DNA from: Escherichia phage Ecwhy_1
Length of the DNA: 64,000 nucleotides
Sequence record: MH791411.1
Reading direction: 5' to 3' (one strand)
Shown here: in pieces, positions 32,001 through 40,199 of the stretch
Layout of the letters: each line of letters opens with the position of its first letter
Numbering within the stretch: the first letter of the stretch is position 1
Made by a program: the position numbers and the translations under genes
Notes under the pieces: generated by a model
Seen by the model: only the letters and a program-made list of their open reading frames with translations
Databases searched by the model: none
What the model was told of the DNA's origin: nothing

Positions 32001-34741
32001 CTATTACTGGTGATCTGACCGTATCTGGAACTGTTACCCCTGGTGCAATTGACCTAAGTACTACCGATATTAGTTCTAAATCCCTAAGTACTACTGAAGG
32101 TGCTACAATTGGTGGTGACCTAGTTGTTAATGGTTCAATTGATTTAAGTTCTTCCAATGTTTCAGCAATTACCCTTGCTAGTTCTGGTAATACTACCGTT
32201 GGTGGTAACCTAGTACTAACAACTGGTGTTGTAACTGGCAGCCCATCTGTATCTGGCAACCTTTCAGTTGCAGGTACTGCGGCAGTAACTGGTGCAACTA
32301 CCCTAACTGATATCGTAAATATCGGTAAGAAAGTAACTGTAAGCACTGGTGGTATTCAAGTAGTTGCAGGTGGTATTAATACCGACGCTATATTAGTATC
32401 CGGTGATACAACTTTAAACAACACTACTGTAAACACTACCTTAAATGTAACTGGTCAAAGTACAGTAGCTGCACTAAGTGCTGCATCTTTGAATGTATCT
32501 GGTGATAGTACTGTTCAAAAACTAACAGTTGAAGGTGAATTGGTTCCACAAGGTGGTATCGACCTAACTGGTGCAGATATTTCTGCTAATAGTCTTGCAA
32601 CTGCTTCAACAATCACTGCAACTGGACTAAGCACACTAAGTGGTGGTGTAAGTACTACTAATGTTACTGCATCTGGTACAGTGAATGCTGGTAGTTTGGA
32701 TGTTACTAACAACGCAACCGTTGGTGGTAATTTGGGTGTAACTGGTTCATTAACTTCTGGTCCATTGAGTGTAACAGGTATTGCGAATATTACTGGTGTA
32801 ACAACTGTTGGTTCATTGGTTTCCGGTGCAGTATCTGGTAGTACTGGTACATTTAGTTCAACATTAGGTGTAACTGGTGCAGCTACATTTGACAATGACG
32901 TAACTGTTGAAGGTGTATTCACCCCAGCAGGTGGTTTAGACCTAACAACTTCTGATATTACGGCTAAGAGTTTGTCAGTATCTGAAACTATTCACTCTGA
33001 TGGTGCAGCTTCCTTTGGTGGTAACACAACAGTAGGTGGTACATTGGGTGTAACTGGTGCAGTAACTGCTCCATCGGCAACCCTAAGTGGTACTGGTACT
33101 GCACTAGCAGTAACTAATAATGCAACTATTGGTGGTACATTAGGTGTAACTGGTCAAGCATCACTTGGTTCTATAGTAACTTCTGGCGTTTCTGCAACAA
33201 GTGGCTCTTTCAGTACTACTCTTGGCGTTACTGGTGCTGCGACATTTGGTAACGATGTAACTGTAGTTGGAACACTAACTCCTGGTAGCTTAGATCTAAC
33301 TGGTGCAGATATCTCTGCTAAAACACTAACTCTATCTGAAACATTAAATGCAACAGGTAATACTACCCTTGGTGGAACATTAGGTGTAACTGGTTTAGCA
33401 ACAATTGGTGGAACACTAACGTCTGGTGCAGTAACTGCTCCATCTGCAACCTTGAATGGTTCAGGTACTGGTCTAGCAGTAACTAACAACGCAACCGTTG
33501 GTGGAACATTAGGTGTAGTTGGTCAAACAACACTAGGTTCTGTTAAAACTGGTGCAACTCTAACAGTTGGTACACCATTAGGTGAGCAGCCTGAAACTGT
33601 ACAGATTATGCCAGACACTTATATTGCTGGTAAACTACGTGTTGAAGGTGGTATTAACGCAGATATCGATGTTGGTGGACAAACACTAGAACCGTTTGCA
33701 GTAATAGCATCTGATTCTTTATCTTCTGCTGGTAATATTACTGCTGGTGCAGCAATTATTTCAAGTTCTGCAACAATTGGTGAAGTCGGTTCACAAAACA
33801 ACAACCTAATCGTTAATGGTAACGTTGTAAACAACGGTAACTTCACTGTTACTGGTGTACTAAATGCACAATTGAACCAAGCAGATTCCGATGTAGCTGT
33901 TAAGTCTTTGACTGCAACTAACAACGTATCTGCTGGAACCACATTAAGTGCAGGTACTGCAATTACTGCTGGTACTTCCATCACTGCAACTGGATTACTT
34001 AAAGGTAATACTTTAGAAGTTACTACTACTGGTTCATTTGGTGGTTTAGTAACTATGTCAAGTGGTGCAAATATCACTGGTGCAATGACCACTGCGGGTA
34101 ACATAACAGTGGGTGGCAATATCACTGCAACTGGTACTGCTGGATTCGCTGCAACAACCGTTTCTACAATTACAACAACAGGTTTGGCTACAATTGCAAG
34201 TGCATCCATTACTGGTAACGCAACAGTAGGTGGAACACTAACTGCGAATGGTAACGTAACATTAGGTGACGCAGCGGCAGACGTTCTAACCGTTAATGCA
34301 ACTTCATCATTTAAAGAAAATGCTGTGTTTGATAAGGCAGTAACAGTAACTGGTGCACTAACCACTACTAATGCTAACTTAACTACTACAACAGTAACTA
34401 CCAAAAAGTATGATGTAATCCCAACTCAAGTTACATCATCAGTAATTGCTCCAACCGGAACATGGACTCCAGATGGTACAAGTAACGTATACTTCATCAC
34501 TCTAGACCAAGATACCACGTTGGCTCCAATTACTGGCCTAATTGGTGGTGGTAAAGCTGCATCAGTATACATCTATGTTAAACAAGATACAACTGGTAAC
34601 AGAAACTTTACAACTGATGGTACTTATGCTGTTGTTGATGGTGAACTAAACAAAACTGCTGGTAGTGTGACCATTTACCAAGTAATTTATGATGGTGTAA
34701 GTCCAGTTACTGATTTGTTCATTGCACAACGTACTGCTTAA
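29042..34741 (+). CDS. Large repeat-rich fibrous protein (1,899 aa), paralog 2
   Basis: Same N-terminus (MYSIKTDLD...) and C-terminal domain as paralog 1; contains three tandem ~450-480-bp repeats (TPGAIDLSTTDI modules) at about 31.1, 31.55 and 32.03 kb; RBS AGGAGGGG. Confidence 0.7.
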   Translation: MYSIKTDLDVSGNSTVGKDLLVKGNAVFSNDLTVNGEVSFANAVFTAITAGSVNVTGALDVAGKATLSGGADVSGAATFAGNITAAGGTTAKFDNLEANSGSFDSVESTDITSTGTATFKDVNISGTLGGTFNLSDINATTLNVSGASALTGSVTLGANITGLASTANFRDIRIGPNEAGQAYRLNFGYTVPGQRPTVLLQNEVQSELMSPAKLNVLQTATFGDSSLSTYGITGNGLNKLDYVTISGNAIQSPTTPLLEVTKGKTKVVDLEVTGVATIPNIESSGTANFNNINVSGTIGGSFDLDDIQATTLSVSGASALTGAVTLGANITGLASTATFKAINLGQNTADANVKLGFAYTAPSARPTVLLANEVQSELMSPAKLNVLQTATFGSAALSTYGITGNGLNKLDYLTITGNATQNPATPQLQVGGKAILNDVEFTGTVTGLTVDVSGQDLTPKSVVAAEAIKGQTLESVGQTTVGSSLQVGGTATVTGALSAASGTFSGDVSGSKGIFSGSVSGTSATFTGDVSGDNATFSGDLSAVAGTFSGDVTVTGQTITVKDLVVTGTSTGVTAIADVDGLDIAPNKVDVTTTLSVAGESTLAGITATSINSTGAIAGTAISGSTITATGEISGASSVVTGLSKSGSVETGALKASSVETAIISNTAGVSITNNTSIAGNLSVTGTVTPGAIDLSTTDIDAKSLTTTEGANIGGNLVVAGTVDLSAADVAVKSLTSTGAVISSEGTVSSVLPKLSSTEANITTVTATTANATTLNVTGTSTLAGVNASGAITSATNITATGVLKGASVETASISNADGVAINNNTTITGNLDVSGTLTPGAIDLSTTDISSKSLTTTEGATIGGDLVVAGTVDLSAADVSVKSLASAETITSAGVITVSDTVNSSTLPKLITTDATIGAVHAATIETTGSSTLKQVSATEVTATSIVLNSVGEGLRVDNNANINGILSVNNITSTNDTIAIAKSAAITGDLTVSGTVTPGAIDLSTTDISSKSLSTTEGATIGGDLVVNGSIDLSSSNVSAITLASSGNTTVGGNLVLTTGVVTGSPSVSGNLSVAGTAAVTGATTLTDIVNIGKKVTVSTGGIQVVAGGINTDAILVSGDTTLNNTTVNTTLNVTGQSTVAALSAASLNVSGDSTVQKLTVEGELVPQGGIDLTGADISANSLATASTITATGLSTLSGGVSTTNVTASGTVNAGSLDVTNNATVGGNLGVTGSLTSGPLSVTGIANITGVTTVGSLVSGAVSGSTGTFSSTLGVTGAATFDNDVTVEGVFTPAGGLDLTTSDITAKSLSVSETIHSDGAASFGGNTTVGGTLGVTGAVTAPSATLSGTGTALAVTNNATIGGTLGVTGQASLGSIVTSGVSATSGSFSTTLGVTGAATFGNDVTVVGTLTPGSLDLTGADISAKTLTLSETLNATGNTTLGGTLGVTGLATIGGTLTSGAVTAPSATLNGSGTGLAVTNNATVGGTLGVVGQTTLGSVKTGATLTVGTPLGEQPETVQIMPDTYIAGKLRVEGGINADIDVGGQTLEPFAVIASDSLSSAGNITAGAAIISSSATIGEVGSQNNNLIVNGNVVNNGNFTVTGVLNAQLNQADSDVAVKSLTATNNVSAGTTLSAGTAITAGTSITATGLLKGNTLEVTTTGSFGGLVTMSSGANITGAMTTAGNITVGGNITATGTAGFAATTVSTITTTGLATIASASITGNATVGGTLTANGNVTLGDAAADVLTVNATSSFKENAVFDKAVTVTGALTTTNANLTTTTVTTKKYDVIPTQVTSSVIAPTGTWTPDGTSNVYFITLDQDTTLAPITGLIGGGKAASVYIYVKQDTTGNRNFTTDGTYAVVDGELNKTAGSVTIYQVIYDGVSPVTDLFIAQRTA

Positions 34742-34807
34742 TAATTATAATAAAAAAAACGGTGTCATCAATTATGGTGACACCATCTTAACAAGTGAGG
34801 TAGATAT

Positions 34808-35587
34808 ATGTTTACATATGTAAAAGGTAGTTCTAAAGAAAATTATGAATTGGGTAACATCATCTCCAACCCAGTTGGTGTTAAGGGTTTAAAAGAACGC
34901 CCTGGGGCAACTCCAGATGATGAACAAACATATCGTTATTTGTACAGTGATATCCGTGCACTTTATGGTATTTCAAGTAAAGATGGTTCTGAAATTGAAC
35001 CTAATAACGCTGTTCGCAAAGAAGAGGGTTTCTGGTGGTTGGAATATAAGAATGTTGGTAATGTGAACGCAATTAATGAGAATTTGGAATATATTAAACT
35101 ACAAGATAGTAATCAACCAGTCATCACATTCTTAGAAGAAGCAGAAGGTGAATATAAAGAGTTAACAGTACTGAAAACTTATAATTATGTTGATATGGAC
35201 ATTGCAGCAGTTAAATCTGATCTGAAAGCACGCACAGTATCATCTCGTAGTGATCGTATTAATGCTGGTTATATGTTTAACGGTCATCGTTATAGTACTG
35301 ATCTAGCTGGTCGTCAAATGCTTCTTAATTATTATACACAAGTAACTTCCGGTTCTGATAGCGTTTCGATTTTCCTTGATGACGCAATTGTAAAACTATC
35401 TGCTGCTGAAATGACTCAACTATACACTGAAGCATTTGCTATGGTTGAATCCCTATTTGCAGAGTGTAATAAGCAATGTGCTGACATTGATGCAGTTCCT
35501 GATGCTGATGAAGATGCAATTTATAAAGCACAACAGGCGGCTGTATGGGTATATGAAGGTATTGATATTCCTGAGCGTATTCGTTAA
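34808..35587 (+). CDS. Hypothetical protein, possibly fibre-associated (assembly/chaperone role is speculative)
   Basis: 259-aa ORF between the giant fibre genes and the 654-aa tail fibre gene; RBS GAGG; no motif recognised. Confidence 0.45.
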   Translation: MFTYVKGSSKENYELGNIISNPVGVKGLKERPGATPDDEQTYRYLYSDIRALYGISSKDGSEIEPNNAVRKEEGFWWLEYKNVGNVNAINENLEYIKLQDSNQPVITFLEEAEGEYKELTVLKTYNYVDMDIAAVKSDLKARTVSSRSDRINAGYMFNGHRYSTDLAGRQMLLNYYTQVTSGSDSVSIFLDDAIVKLSAAEMTQLYTEAFAMVESLFAECNKQCADIDAVPDADEDAIYKAQQAAVWVYEGIDIPERIR

Positions 35588-35600
35588 TTTATATTTTTTT

Positions 35601-35630
35601 AAAGGTCAACTATGGTTGGCCTTTTCTTTT
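35601..35630 (+). terminator. Rho-independent terminator
   Basis: AAAGGTCAAC-TATG-GTTGGCCTTTTCTTTT (stem with one G-U pair) after the stop at 35587. Confidence 0.55.
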
Positions 35631-35637
35631 ATCTAAA

Positions 35638-35644
35638 ATAAATA
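35638..35644 (+). promoter_or_regulatory. Late-promoter-like ATAAATA motif
   Basis: aATAAATAct 35 nt upstream of the ATG at 35679. Confidence 0.4.
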
Positions 35645-35678
35645 CTTAATATATAATCTATTCTGAGGAAATATTTAA

Positions 35679-37643
35679 ATGAGTATAAATCGAATTAGAG
35701 GTGATGGTGGTGTAATTATAGATAGTCAGGCATTTCTAGAATTACCTAAAGCACCGACTAAAGAAACCGCTGATGTGGTTAGATCAGGGATGATTAGATA
35801 CAATAAAGGATGGAAAGCATTTGAAGGTGTACTAGACTTTGAAGATGGTTCAATGGCATATCGACGTTTTGCAAACCTAGATGCAAACGGTAAACTTCTT
35901 ACTTCCCAATTACCAGATTCAGTAACTAGTGGTTTACAATTTGTTGGTACATATAATCCCATCCCAGATGATATCGATCCACCTTTAGCACAAACTCCAC
36001 TACCAGCACCATCACCATCGCTTAATGGTGATTATTATGTCGTTCGTGGTATAATGGATGCCGCACAAGCACATTATGAAGCAAATAATCCACAAACAAG
36101 TCCTGTTACATTTACACCTACAAATCCAACTGGACAAGGTAATTGGATTGAAATTTTATATTATGTTGACTCTAATCCAAATATATCTGGTGCTAAACTA
36201 GTAACATACGCTTTTGCTAGAATTATTACTGCATCTATTCCCAGTACTGGACATGATGGCCTTGAAAATTTAGCAACAGATACTGACTTGACCAAACCAT
36301 TTGCATCTGGTGTTCCAATGAACCAAACTGCACTTTCAGATGGTGATTGGATTATTATAACTGAAGATAAGAATATACGTCTTCGTCAGTCAAGAACAAG
36401 CATTTCCGCTGCTTCAGTATTATATGACAATACTGTAATGATTGCAAATCATCGCCAATTTAGAACAAACGCAGGGACCGTTCAAACATCCATAGATAAC
36501 GTTGTGATTGAGTGTTTACGTAGAACTGGCGATTCCATGTATAATGATGGAACAGACGGCTCTGGGCGTTTTGGGGTGGTGTATGGCAGTGCAGCAGCAC
36601 CAGCATTGACATTTAATAATAATCCGTTTGACCCAACGAACAACCCAGGTAATGACCCAACTAAGTGGTCCGATGCTAATACTGGTATATTCCATCCAGC
36701 AGATGATGCAATTGGTTTTACAACAGCCGGAACTGAGCGTGTTAGAATTAATAATGGAACATTAACATTATTCCAAACTACCGCTACACCAGCAGCTACG
36801 CCAGTAATACGTTTTGATAATGCATCAAACACAAACGTAGGGATAAGTGCAAGTAGTAATATTATTTCTTTAAGTTCAATGAATAAAGTTCAAGTTGAAT
36901 TTAAAAATGGTGAATCACATTTTCATGGAAATATTATTGTAGATGGATCAACATCACTAACTGGTGATTTAAACGCAGGTAACATCACTGCCAGCGGGAA
37001 TTTAGTTGTTAAAGGTAATACAACACTAGGCGACACTACTGGTGACACTATTACAGTTAATGGTGTTAGTACTTATAATGCAAATACTAATTTCAATGGA
37101 ACTAATAACAAATTCAAAAACATAAACTTACTAGAGAATGGTGTATTCACATTAGAAAGTACTACAAACCAAAGTGATATAAAACTACTTGGTGCAGACT
37201 TACGTTTCACTATGGGAAGTTATGCTGATGTAAGTATATATGATAACGGTGTTATTCGTACTCGTTTCAACCGATATGGTATTCAATTACCAGTACTGGC
37301 TACAATTGATAACTCAGTTGGTGTTGATGGTATGATTGCATACTCAAATACCGAACGTACATCGATGCAGAAGGTCCAAGGACAATGGGTTCCAATTGGT
37401 TCTGGTTCTGTACGTACTGACCCGTTTACTGCGTCAGCGTGGGTTTTAAACGGCTCATATTACACATTAACAGTAACTGCTAGTAACATAGTAACTGCTG
37501 AAATTCAAGAACTCGTAAGTACTGGTGTTTACACTCGTGTTGAAGTTGATAGTGTTACATTCAATGGAACAAGCGTAGTGTTCAGTATTCCTGCAACTCC
37601 TGATGTGAGATTTGCCGGACGTACACTGGTTACATTAAGATAA
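35679..37643 (+). CDS. Tail fibre protein
   Basis: N-terminal region (GMIRYNKGWKAFEGV) resembles the conserved tail-fibre N-terminal attachment motif as recalled; Gly/Thr/Asn-rich remainder; RBS GAGGAA. Confidence 0.6.
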   Translation: MSINRIRGDGGVIIDSQAFLELPKAPTKETADVVRSGMIRYNKGWKAFEGVLDFEDGSMAYRRFANLDANGKLLTSQLPDSVTSGLQFVGTYNPIPDDIDPPLAQTPLPAPSPSLNGDYYVVRGIMDAAQAHYEANNPQTSPVTFTPTNPTGQGNWIEILYYVDSNPNISGAKLVTYAFARIITASIPSTGHDGLENLATDTDLTKPFASGVPMNQTALSDGDWIIITEDKNIRLRQSRTSISAASVLYDNTVMIANHRQFRTNAGTVQTSIDNVVIECLRRTGDSMYNDGTDGSGRFGVVYGSAAAPALTFNNNPFDPTNNPGNDPTKWSDANTGIFHPADDAIGFTTAGTERVRINNGTLTLFQTTATPAATPVIRFDNASNTNVGISASSNIISLSSMNKVQVEFKNGESHFHGNIIVDGSTSLTGDLNAGNITASGNLVVKGNTTLGDTTGDTITVNGVSTYNANTNFNGTNNKFKNINLLENGVFTLESTTNQSDIKLLGADLRFTMGSYADVSIYDNGVIRTRFNRYGIQLPVLATIDNSVGVDGMIAYSNTERTSMQKVQGQWVPIGSGSVRTDPFTASAWVLNGSYYTLTVTASNIVTAEIQELVSTGVYTRVEVDSVTFNGTSVVFSIPATPDVRFAGRTLVTLR

Positions 37644-37644
37644 T

Positions 37645-37676
37645 AAAAAAGGGAGACATAAGTCTCCCTTTTCTTT
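37645..37676. terminator. Bidirectional terminator at the strand-switch point
   Basis: AAAAAAGGGAGAC-ATAA-GTCTCCCTTTTCTTTT between the convergent tail fibre (+) and thymidylate synthase (-) genes. Confidence 0.75.
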
Positions 37677-38605
37677 TATACAGCCATTGGTGCTTTGATT
37701 GTTGGCATTGGATCGTAATTAACTAATTTGAAAGAATCCATAGTGAAATCTTCAATATCAGTAATAGTAGGATCTAGCCATAATTCTGGTAATGTACGTG
37801 GTTCACGTTGGAGTTGCTCTTTTACTTGTTCAATATGGTTTTGATAGATATGGCAGTCGCCACCATTCCAAATAAATTCACCAACATCTAACCCTGTAAT
37901 TTGTGCAATCATATGAGTTAGTAGTGAGTAACTACTAATATTAAATGGCACACCAAGGAATAGATCAGCACTACGTTGATGAAGAATACAACTTAGTTTA
38001 CCCTGTACAACACAAAACTGCACAAAGCTATGACAGGGTGGCAAAGTCATAGCATCAAGCTCACCAACGTTCCATGCACTTAGAATGTGACGACGACCGT
38101 ATGGATCAGTATTGATACCTTCAATAACTTGTTTTAGCTGGTCAGTTACACGACGCATAATAACACCATGTGAACCAGTATAATCAATAACTTTATACCC
38201 TTTATCTTTTAGTTCTTGAATTTCTTCAGTACTGGAACTGAATTTATAATCTTCCCATTCACGCCATTGTTTACCATAAACTGGGCCAAGCTCACCATCA
38301 GAATACCCAAGGCTTACACCTTGATTAAGGTAGTTGTCTGTCCAAATTGTTTTCTTTTCTACATCACGTGTCCCGTGTAAAATTTCACACAGACGACGCT
38401 CATCGTGAGAACCTTCAATAAACCATAACAATTCTGAAGTCATTGCTTTCCAAGCCAAACGTTTAGTAGTTACTGCTGGGAAACCTTCTTTTAGGTCAAA
38501 ACGCATTTGTTGTCCGATTAGCTTGATAGTGCCAACACCAGTACGATCAACGCTTTCGACACCTTGATCCAGAATTCTTTGATATAGTTCTTGTAGTTGT
38601 TTCAT
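37676..38605 (-). CDS. thyA: Thymidylate synthase (ThyA/Td type)
   Basis: Active-site LPPCH, GVPFN (Asn indicates dUMP specificity), DRTGVGT, HIYQNH and QLQREPR motifs; carries an insertion relative to E. coli ThyA as in T4/eukaryote-type enzymes. Confidence 0.9.
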   Translation of the reverse strand: MKQLQELYQRILDQGVESVDRTGVGTIKLIGQQMRFDLKEGFPAVTTKRLAWKAMTSELLWFIEGSHDERRLCEILHGTRDVEKKTIWTDNYLNQGVSLGYSDGELGPVYGKQWREWEDYKFSSSTEEIQELKDKGYKVIDYTGSHGVIMRRVTDQLKQVIEGINTDPYGRRHILSAWNVGELDAMTLPPCHSFVQFCVVQGKLSCILHQRSADLFLGVPFNISSYSLLTHMIAQITGLDVGEFIWNGGDCHIYQNHIEQVKEQLQREPRTLPELWLDPTITDIEDFTMDSFKLVNYDPMPTIKAPMAV

Positions 38606-39198
38606 TTTACGTCCTTGAAAAATGTAATAAAGTGTTCCATGTGTTTTTGTGTAGCATTACGTGAACCAATCCCAGTCCAATTACCGTGTGGTGCTGGTAT
38701 TGAGAATGTTTCAGTAAACTCTTTCAGTACTGTATCATAATAAAATACAGAGCGAGTGTTCATATCATAACAATATATTTCTGGATTGTCAACTGAATCC
38801 ATATACATCTGTACGGCCCATGCAGTTCCACCTGAAACTTGCGTAGGTGATGTAATATTTGCAATACAATATACTCTTTTTGTATTAAGTATCTGGTAAC
38901 TATTCCTTGCAAGTAAGTTATATACATACGAACCAGGCTTAGGAACTTTACGGCGTAAAGAGTAACATGCAATGTTTAATTGTTTTAATATTGAACTATC
39001 ACAAAGGATATTGGGTGGAATTTCTAATATAGTATTTTCATCTACGCTGCTTTGGTGACCCTTGAATGAAAAATTTATTACTTCAAATCCATTGTCTTTT
39101 GCATAGATAGAAAAAAGGCGGTCAGCACCTGCTGCCCCGCCACTGAAACATACATTAGATAAACCATTGATTGCTTCATCTAATTCTATTTTATTCAT
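38602..39198 (-). CDS. Rossmann-fold SLOG/DprA-like nucleotide-binding protein (tentative)
   Basis: FSGGAAGADR glycine-rich motif resembles the DprA/SLOG signature; stop overlaps the thyA start (ATGA), so the two are translationally coupled. Confidence 0.45.
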   Translation of the reverse strand: MNKIELDEAINGLSNVCFSGGAAGADRLFSIYAKDNGFEVINFSFKGHQSSVDENTILEIPPNILCDSSILKQLNIACYSLRRKVPKPGSYVYNLLARNSYQILNTKRVYCIANITSPTQVSGGTAWAVQMYMDSVDNPEIYCYDMNTRSVFYYDTVLKEFTETFSIPAPHGNWTGIGSRNATQKHMEHFITFFKDVK

Positions 39199-39203
39199 TT
39201 ATA

Positions 39204-39857
39204 TTATTTTGCTTTACGTTCAGCAAATGCCTGTTTAACTTTCTCAATTGCTTTGGTTTGTGAAATTCCTTCTGGGATTTCAATATAGAAAGTTTTGCTA
39301 TCAGGTGCTACAGGTGTTGCTTGAACTTGTGGACGTAGAGATGGTTCTAAGTTGTAAGCACGTTCAAAGTGCTCTTTAGCCAACTGCTCATAACGTTGTG
39401 CATCTTTAAGTAGTTGCTCAACAATGGTAGCTTCTTCAACAGAAGTATCGACTTCTTGTGGCTTGAATGGGTTGTATTCTTTAACTTTACCATCTTCATG
39501 TTTTTTAGCATCATTATCATTGATTGCGTTGTTTAGAACATCAAGAGAAATCTTACTGTTTCCACCAACATGCATATCAATATCACAAGTACGTGCACGA
39601 CGCAAATGTTGTAGATTATGAAGAACATCTAGCATTTTGCGACCGTCTAGATGACCAATCTTATGCATAACTTCCCACAAATCTACATTCGATTGACCTT
39701 GATTCATTACTAAATCTGCAACAGATTGAGCATATGCTTCAGGAAGTGAGTCGCGATAAACAATGAGACAATGTTCTGGATCATCAGGGAGTGAACGCCA
39801 TACCACAAATACTCGTGAACCCGTATTACGTACTACACCAACGTGACGAATAGCCAT
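39204..39857 (-). CDS. Hypothetical protein
   Basis: 217-aa ORF in the operon small acidic gene - 217 aa - SLOG-like - thyA. Confidence 0.55.
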   Translation of the reverse strand: MAIRHVGVVRNTGSRVFVVWRSLPDDPEHCLIVYRDSLPEAYAQSVADLVMNQGQSNVDLWEVMHKIGHLDGRKMLDVLHNLQHLRRARTCDIDMHVGGNSKISLDVLNNAINDNDAKKHEDGKVKEYNPFKPQEVDTSVEEATIVEQLLKDAQRYEQLAKEHFERAYNLEPSLRPQVQATPVAPDSKTFYIEIPEGISQTKAIEKVKQAFAERKAK

Positions 39858-39859
39858 TA

Positions 39860-40090
39860 TTATTCTCCTTTATTTTGTTCAGCAGCAGCTTGTGCAGCAT
39901 CAGCTTCTTCTTGTGCTTTGATATCTTCGAGTGCAGAGTTAGCAAACTCAACAAACTTAGATACGACTGGAGCAACATCAACAAGTTCTTCGACTTTAAA
40001 TGAATTACGAGCCACAGCAGCTTCCATGATTTTAGCAGCGTTGATTAGGTCGATTAGGGTTAGTTGAATTTTTTCTGGTTCTTGTTCCAT
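39860..40090 (-). CDS. Small acidic protein (first gene of the thyA operon)
   Basis: ATG at 40090 has GGAGAG 7 nt upstream; the track's longer ORF (to 40189) runs through the promoter/terminator and is rejected. The product is strongly acidic. Confidence 0.5.
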   Translation of the reverse strand: MEQEPEKIQLTLIDLINAAKIMEAAVARNSFKVEELVDVAPVVSKFVEFANSALEDIKAQEEADAAQAAAEQNKGE

Positions 40091-40124
40091 TTTAATACTC
40101 TCCATGTATGTTGTTACAAATATA

Positions 40125-40152
40125 ATTATATCACCTTTTTCCAAGCTGTCCC
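40125..40152 (-). promoter_or_regulatory. Sigma70-type promoter with extended -10
   Basis: Minus strand reads GGGACA-N16-(TGa)TATAAT: -10 at 40125-40130, -35 at 40147-40152. Confidence 0.5.
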
Positions 40153-40153
40153 G

Positions 40154-40187
40154 CTGAAAAAAGTAGAGAACGGAATTTTCCGTTCTC
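40154..40187 (-). terminator. Rho-independent terminator after VWA gene
   Basis: GAGAACGG-loop-CCGTTCTC hairpin followed on the minus strand by a U-tract (plus-strand A-run 40157-40162). Confidence 0.55.
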
Positions 40188-40199
40188 ATTATTTAGTAC

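Noticed and set aside
31081-32200. Tandem ~450-480-bp repeats that could be mistaken for a repeat array or CRISPR
   Set aside because: The repeats are in-frame coding modules of the 1,899-aa fibre protein, far longer than CRISPR repeats, and lack unique spacers.
24176-34404. Many long antisense ORFs inside the giant fibre genes (for example 25685-26647, 27851-28687, 30709-32346, 33619-34404)
   Set aside because: They are reverse-complement reading frames of Thr/Gly/Val-rich repetitive coding sequence, with Pro/Val/Ala/Thr-rich low-complexity translations and no RBS; they overlap well-supported plus-strand genes.
37676-38605. ThyA homolog as a dCMP or dUMP hydroxymethylase (DNA hypermodification)
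   Set aside because: The Asn in GVPFN and the close similarity to canonical thymidylate synthases favour ThyA; dCMP hydroxymethylases carry Asp at this position. dUMP hydroxymethylase cannot be fully excluded without a profile search.
40091-40189. N-terminal extension of the small acidic ORF (track ORF 39860-40189)
   Set aside because: The extension runs through the promoter and terminator hairpin; an internal ATG with a GGAGAG RBS at the correct spacing is the more plausible start.
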